DNA of 63,992 nucleotides, counting the filler, from Candidatus Babelota bacterium (GTDB taxonomy: Bacteria > JAGOBX01): assembly GCA_017999075.1 (NCBI GenBank). It is 12 parts of 12 records of this genome, joined end to end, with 100 filler letters (N's around TTAATTAATTAA, not from the genome) between each part and the next. Parts side by side here need not be neighbours in the genome. Positions count along the whole stretch, not along the records: positions 59,803 to 63,992 come from JAGOBX010000375.1; 11 more parts are not named here. The stretch is one strand, 5' to 3'. The position numbers were made by a program, and so were the translations under genes. This document shows positions 62,065 to 63,992 of this stretch, piece by piece (positions within the stretch are counted from its first letter, which is position 1; each line of letters opens with the position of its first letter). Under the pieces are notes generated by a model that saw only the letters and a list, made by a program, of their open reading frames with translations, made no database searches and was not told where the DNA came from.

Positions 62065-62891
62065 AAAAAAATATAATTATTATCTTAATATTTTTATTTT
62101 TTATGATTCCTGCTGATGCAGGAAATTTTTTTGAAAAATTGGGGAATAAAATTAATAGCAAAGACGGGAATACCGCTATCAATATTATAAAAAGTTTAAG
62201 TGTGTCAGAAGAAGATGAACGGGAAATAGGCATAGAAGCAAGCAGGATAATTATTTCTAAATTCGGATTATACAAAGATGAGATTTTGACAAAATATATT
62301 TCATTGATAGGCGGGGTAATAGTTTCTAATTGCGAACGGCCGGAACTGAAATTTCATTTTAATATTCTGAATACTGATGAAATAAATGCATTTGCATGTC
62401 CTGGCGGATATATTTTTTTAACTAAAGGCGCGGTTTCAGCAGCAAAAAATGAGGACGAACTTGCTGCTGTAATATCTCACGAAGTTTCTCATATTACTTT
62501 AAAGCATGAGCTTAAAGAAATAAGAAAATCAGGCATTTTGAAAGAATTATCTCAAAGGTTTGCTGAAAAAAACAGAGAAGTTGTGAAAAAACTCGCTGAT
62601 TTTGTCGTTAATAATCTGCTTGTAAAAGGACGAAACAGAAATGATGAGTATGAAGCTGACGCGCATTCGCTGAATTATTTAAAAGCGCATAATTATAATG
62701 CGTTCCTTCATTTATATTTGATGAATTTAAACCGTCAGGAAATTCAGTCAAAACTTTCATATTTGCAATCTACTCATCCGCCCGCTAACGAACGAATTCA
62801 GAAACTTTCCGGTATTTCGGATTTTATAGGTTCGCCGGTTGAATTGCGGATGGAACGATTCAAATTTTCCACGATGCAACTTCGCAGATAA
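62061..62891 (+). CDS. M48 family metalloprotease (BepA/LoiP-like), secreted
   Basis: INAFACPGG, ELAAVISHEVSH (HExxH), EYEAD, STHP. Confidence 0.92.
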   Translation: MKKNIIIILIFLFFMIPADAGNFFEKLGNKINSKDGNTAINIIKSLSVSEEDEREIGIEASRIIISKFGLYKDEILTKYISLIGGVIVSNCERPELKFHFNILNTDEINAFACPGGYIFLTKGAVSAAKNEDELAAVISHEVSHITLKHELKEIRKSGILKELSQRFAEKNREVVKKLADFVVNNLLVKGRNRNDEYEADAHSLNYLKAHNYNAFLHLYLMNLNRQEIQSKLSYLQSTHPPANERIQKLSGISDFIGSPVELRMERFKFSTMQLRR

Positions 62892-62902
62892 GATAAATAA
62901 TT

Positions 62903-63508
62903 ATGATTATAGGCGTTTTTGGCGGAACATTTAATCCGCCGCATACAGGACATAAAAAAATTATTGAAAAAAGTTTTTCAATATTAAAAATAGACAAAAT
63001 GCTTGTAATACCTGCGTTTATTCCACCGCACAAAGAATTGATTGACAATATAGAACCTTCACATAAAATAAATATGCTGAATATAATTTTTAAAGAAATG
63101 AAAAACTTGGAAATTGTTACTTCTGAAATTGACCGCGGCGGAGTGTCTTACACGATTGACACTATAAAATCGTTTATTTCGATTTATGGGAACCATGATT
63201 ATAGGATTATTATTGGCGCTGATAATTTCAATATTATTGATTCATGGAAAAATATTGATGAACTTATAAAATTGTGCGGATTTATAGTTTTTTCGAGGAC
63301 TGGAGAAATTTTGGAATACGAAAAGCAATCTGTGTTTTTGAATAATAAAAATAAATTTACTGTAATAAATGAATTTGATGAGCCTGTATCTTCCAGCATG
63401 ATAAGAAATTATGTCAAGAATAAAATGTATGATAAAGCGGCAGAATTTCTTGACAGGGAAATATTGTATTATATAAAAAAAAATAAGATTTATGCAAATA
63501 ATGAATAA
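62903..63508 (+). CDS. nadD: Nicotinate-nucleotide adenylyltransferase
   Basis: FGGTFNPPHTGH, PPHK, SYTIDT, IIGAD, SSSMIR. Confidence 0.95.
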   Translation: MIIGVFGGTFNPPHTGHKKIIEKSFSILKIDKMLVIPAFIPPHKELIDNIEPSHKINMLNIIFKEMKNLEIVTSEIDRGGVSYTIDTIKSFISIYGNHDYRIIIGADNFNIIDSWKNIDELIKLCGFIVFSRTGEILEYEKQSVFLNNKNKFTVINEFDEPVSSSMIRNYVKNKMYDKAAEFLDREILYYIKKNKIYANNE

Positions 63509-63992
63509 AATTAAATCATATATTGAAAATCATTTTTCTTGTAAAAGATTGGTTCATATTCTGTCTGTTGCGAATACGGCGTTATTTCTTAATAAATTAT
63601 TTAACTTGAATATTAATGAAAAAAATATTATTATTGCCGGATTAAGTCACGATATGTCGAAGTGGATGAATATTGAAATTATGAAAAATTATATTTCTGA
63701 AAAAAAAATTATTCTTGATGAATATGAAATGAAACACCCGCAGTTATGGCATCCGGGAGTTTCAGAACATATTTTGAAAAATGAGTTTATGATTGAAGAC
63801 AGGGAAGTTTTGGATGCAGTGAGGTTTCATACAATAGGATATCCGGATATGGATTTTTTATCAAAAGTCTTATATTGCGCGGATTATATTGAACCTACTC
63901 GAAAATTTTATTCACATGTCGATTTTAATGTTTTAAATAATTTAGATAAATTATTGGAGTTTGTTGTAAAAAACAAATTGAAACATATAGGT
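63501..63992 (+). CDS. yqeK: YqeK family HD hydrolase (Ap4A hydrolase), runs off the window
   Basis: Manual translation: KRLVHILSV, AGLSHDMSK, LWHP, AVRFHTIG, YCADYIEPTR; follows nadD. Alternative ATG at 63492. Confidence 0.9.
   Translation, partial: MNKIKSYIENHFSCKRLVHILSVANTALFLNKLFNLNINEKNIIIAGLSHDMSKWMNIEIMKNYISEKKIILDEYEMKHPQLWHPGVSEHILKNEFMIEDREVLDAVRFHTIGYPDMDFLSKVLYCADYIEPTRKFYSHVDFNVLNNLDKLLEFVVKNKLKHIG

Noticed and set aside
62903-63992. nadD-yqeK overlap as a novel pairing
   Set aside because: This is a well-known conserved gene pair.
1-63992. Alternative genetic code or stop-codon readthrough in this AT-rich genome
   Set aside because: Conserved genes translate full length with the standard code, Trp is TGG, and TGA/TAG serve as stops. 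All truncations coincide with contig edges.

Overview
This window is not one continuous locus. It is a pseudo-scaffold of 12 short contigs (about 5.2-5.5 kb, sorted by decreasing length) joined by 100-nt N44-TTAATTAATTAA-N44 spacers, so gene adjacency across a spacer means nothing. Most contigs look like one very AT-rich, flagellated bacterium with TTGACA/TATAAT promoters and GGAGG ribosome-binding sites. They carry rny, smc, valS, trpGD, comF, an alpha-2-macroglobulin, a Bat/VWA operon, motAB-fliLMY-fliO, ftsX-envC and nadD-yqeK. Contig 1 (1-5489) instead looks Bacteroidota: a giant TPR/PD40 protein missed by the ORF track and TAnnTTTG promoter elements. The most interesting signals are four. 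(i) A tRNA-Lys(CTT) is followed by two paralogous tyrosine integrases with non-canonical catalytic motifs. A degenerate copy of the tRNA 3' end at 37071-37090 suggests tandem ~2-kb 'integrase + one cargo gene' mini-elements, with arm-type repeats, IHF-like sites and a 33-bp palindrome around the tRNA. (ii) An unannotated ~200-230-nt long-range RNA hairpin upstream of rny fits an AT-eroded 6S RNA. (iii) A lipoprotein fuses a periplasmic binding domain to NHL propellers through a Trp/Tyr-rich linker. (iv) A minimal 'GVRGL' secreted peptide is coupled to an M48 protease. All calls come from motif reading only; no searches were run.
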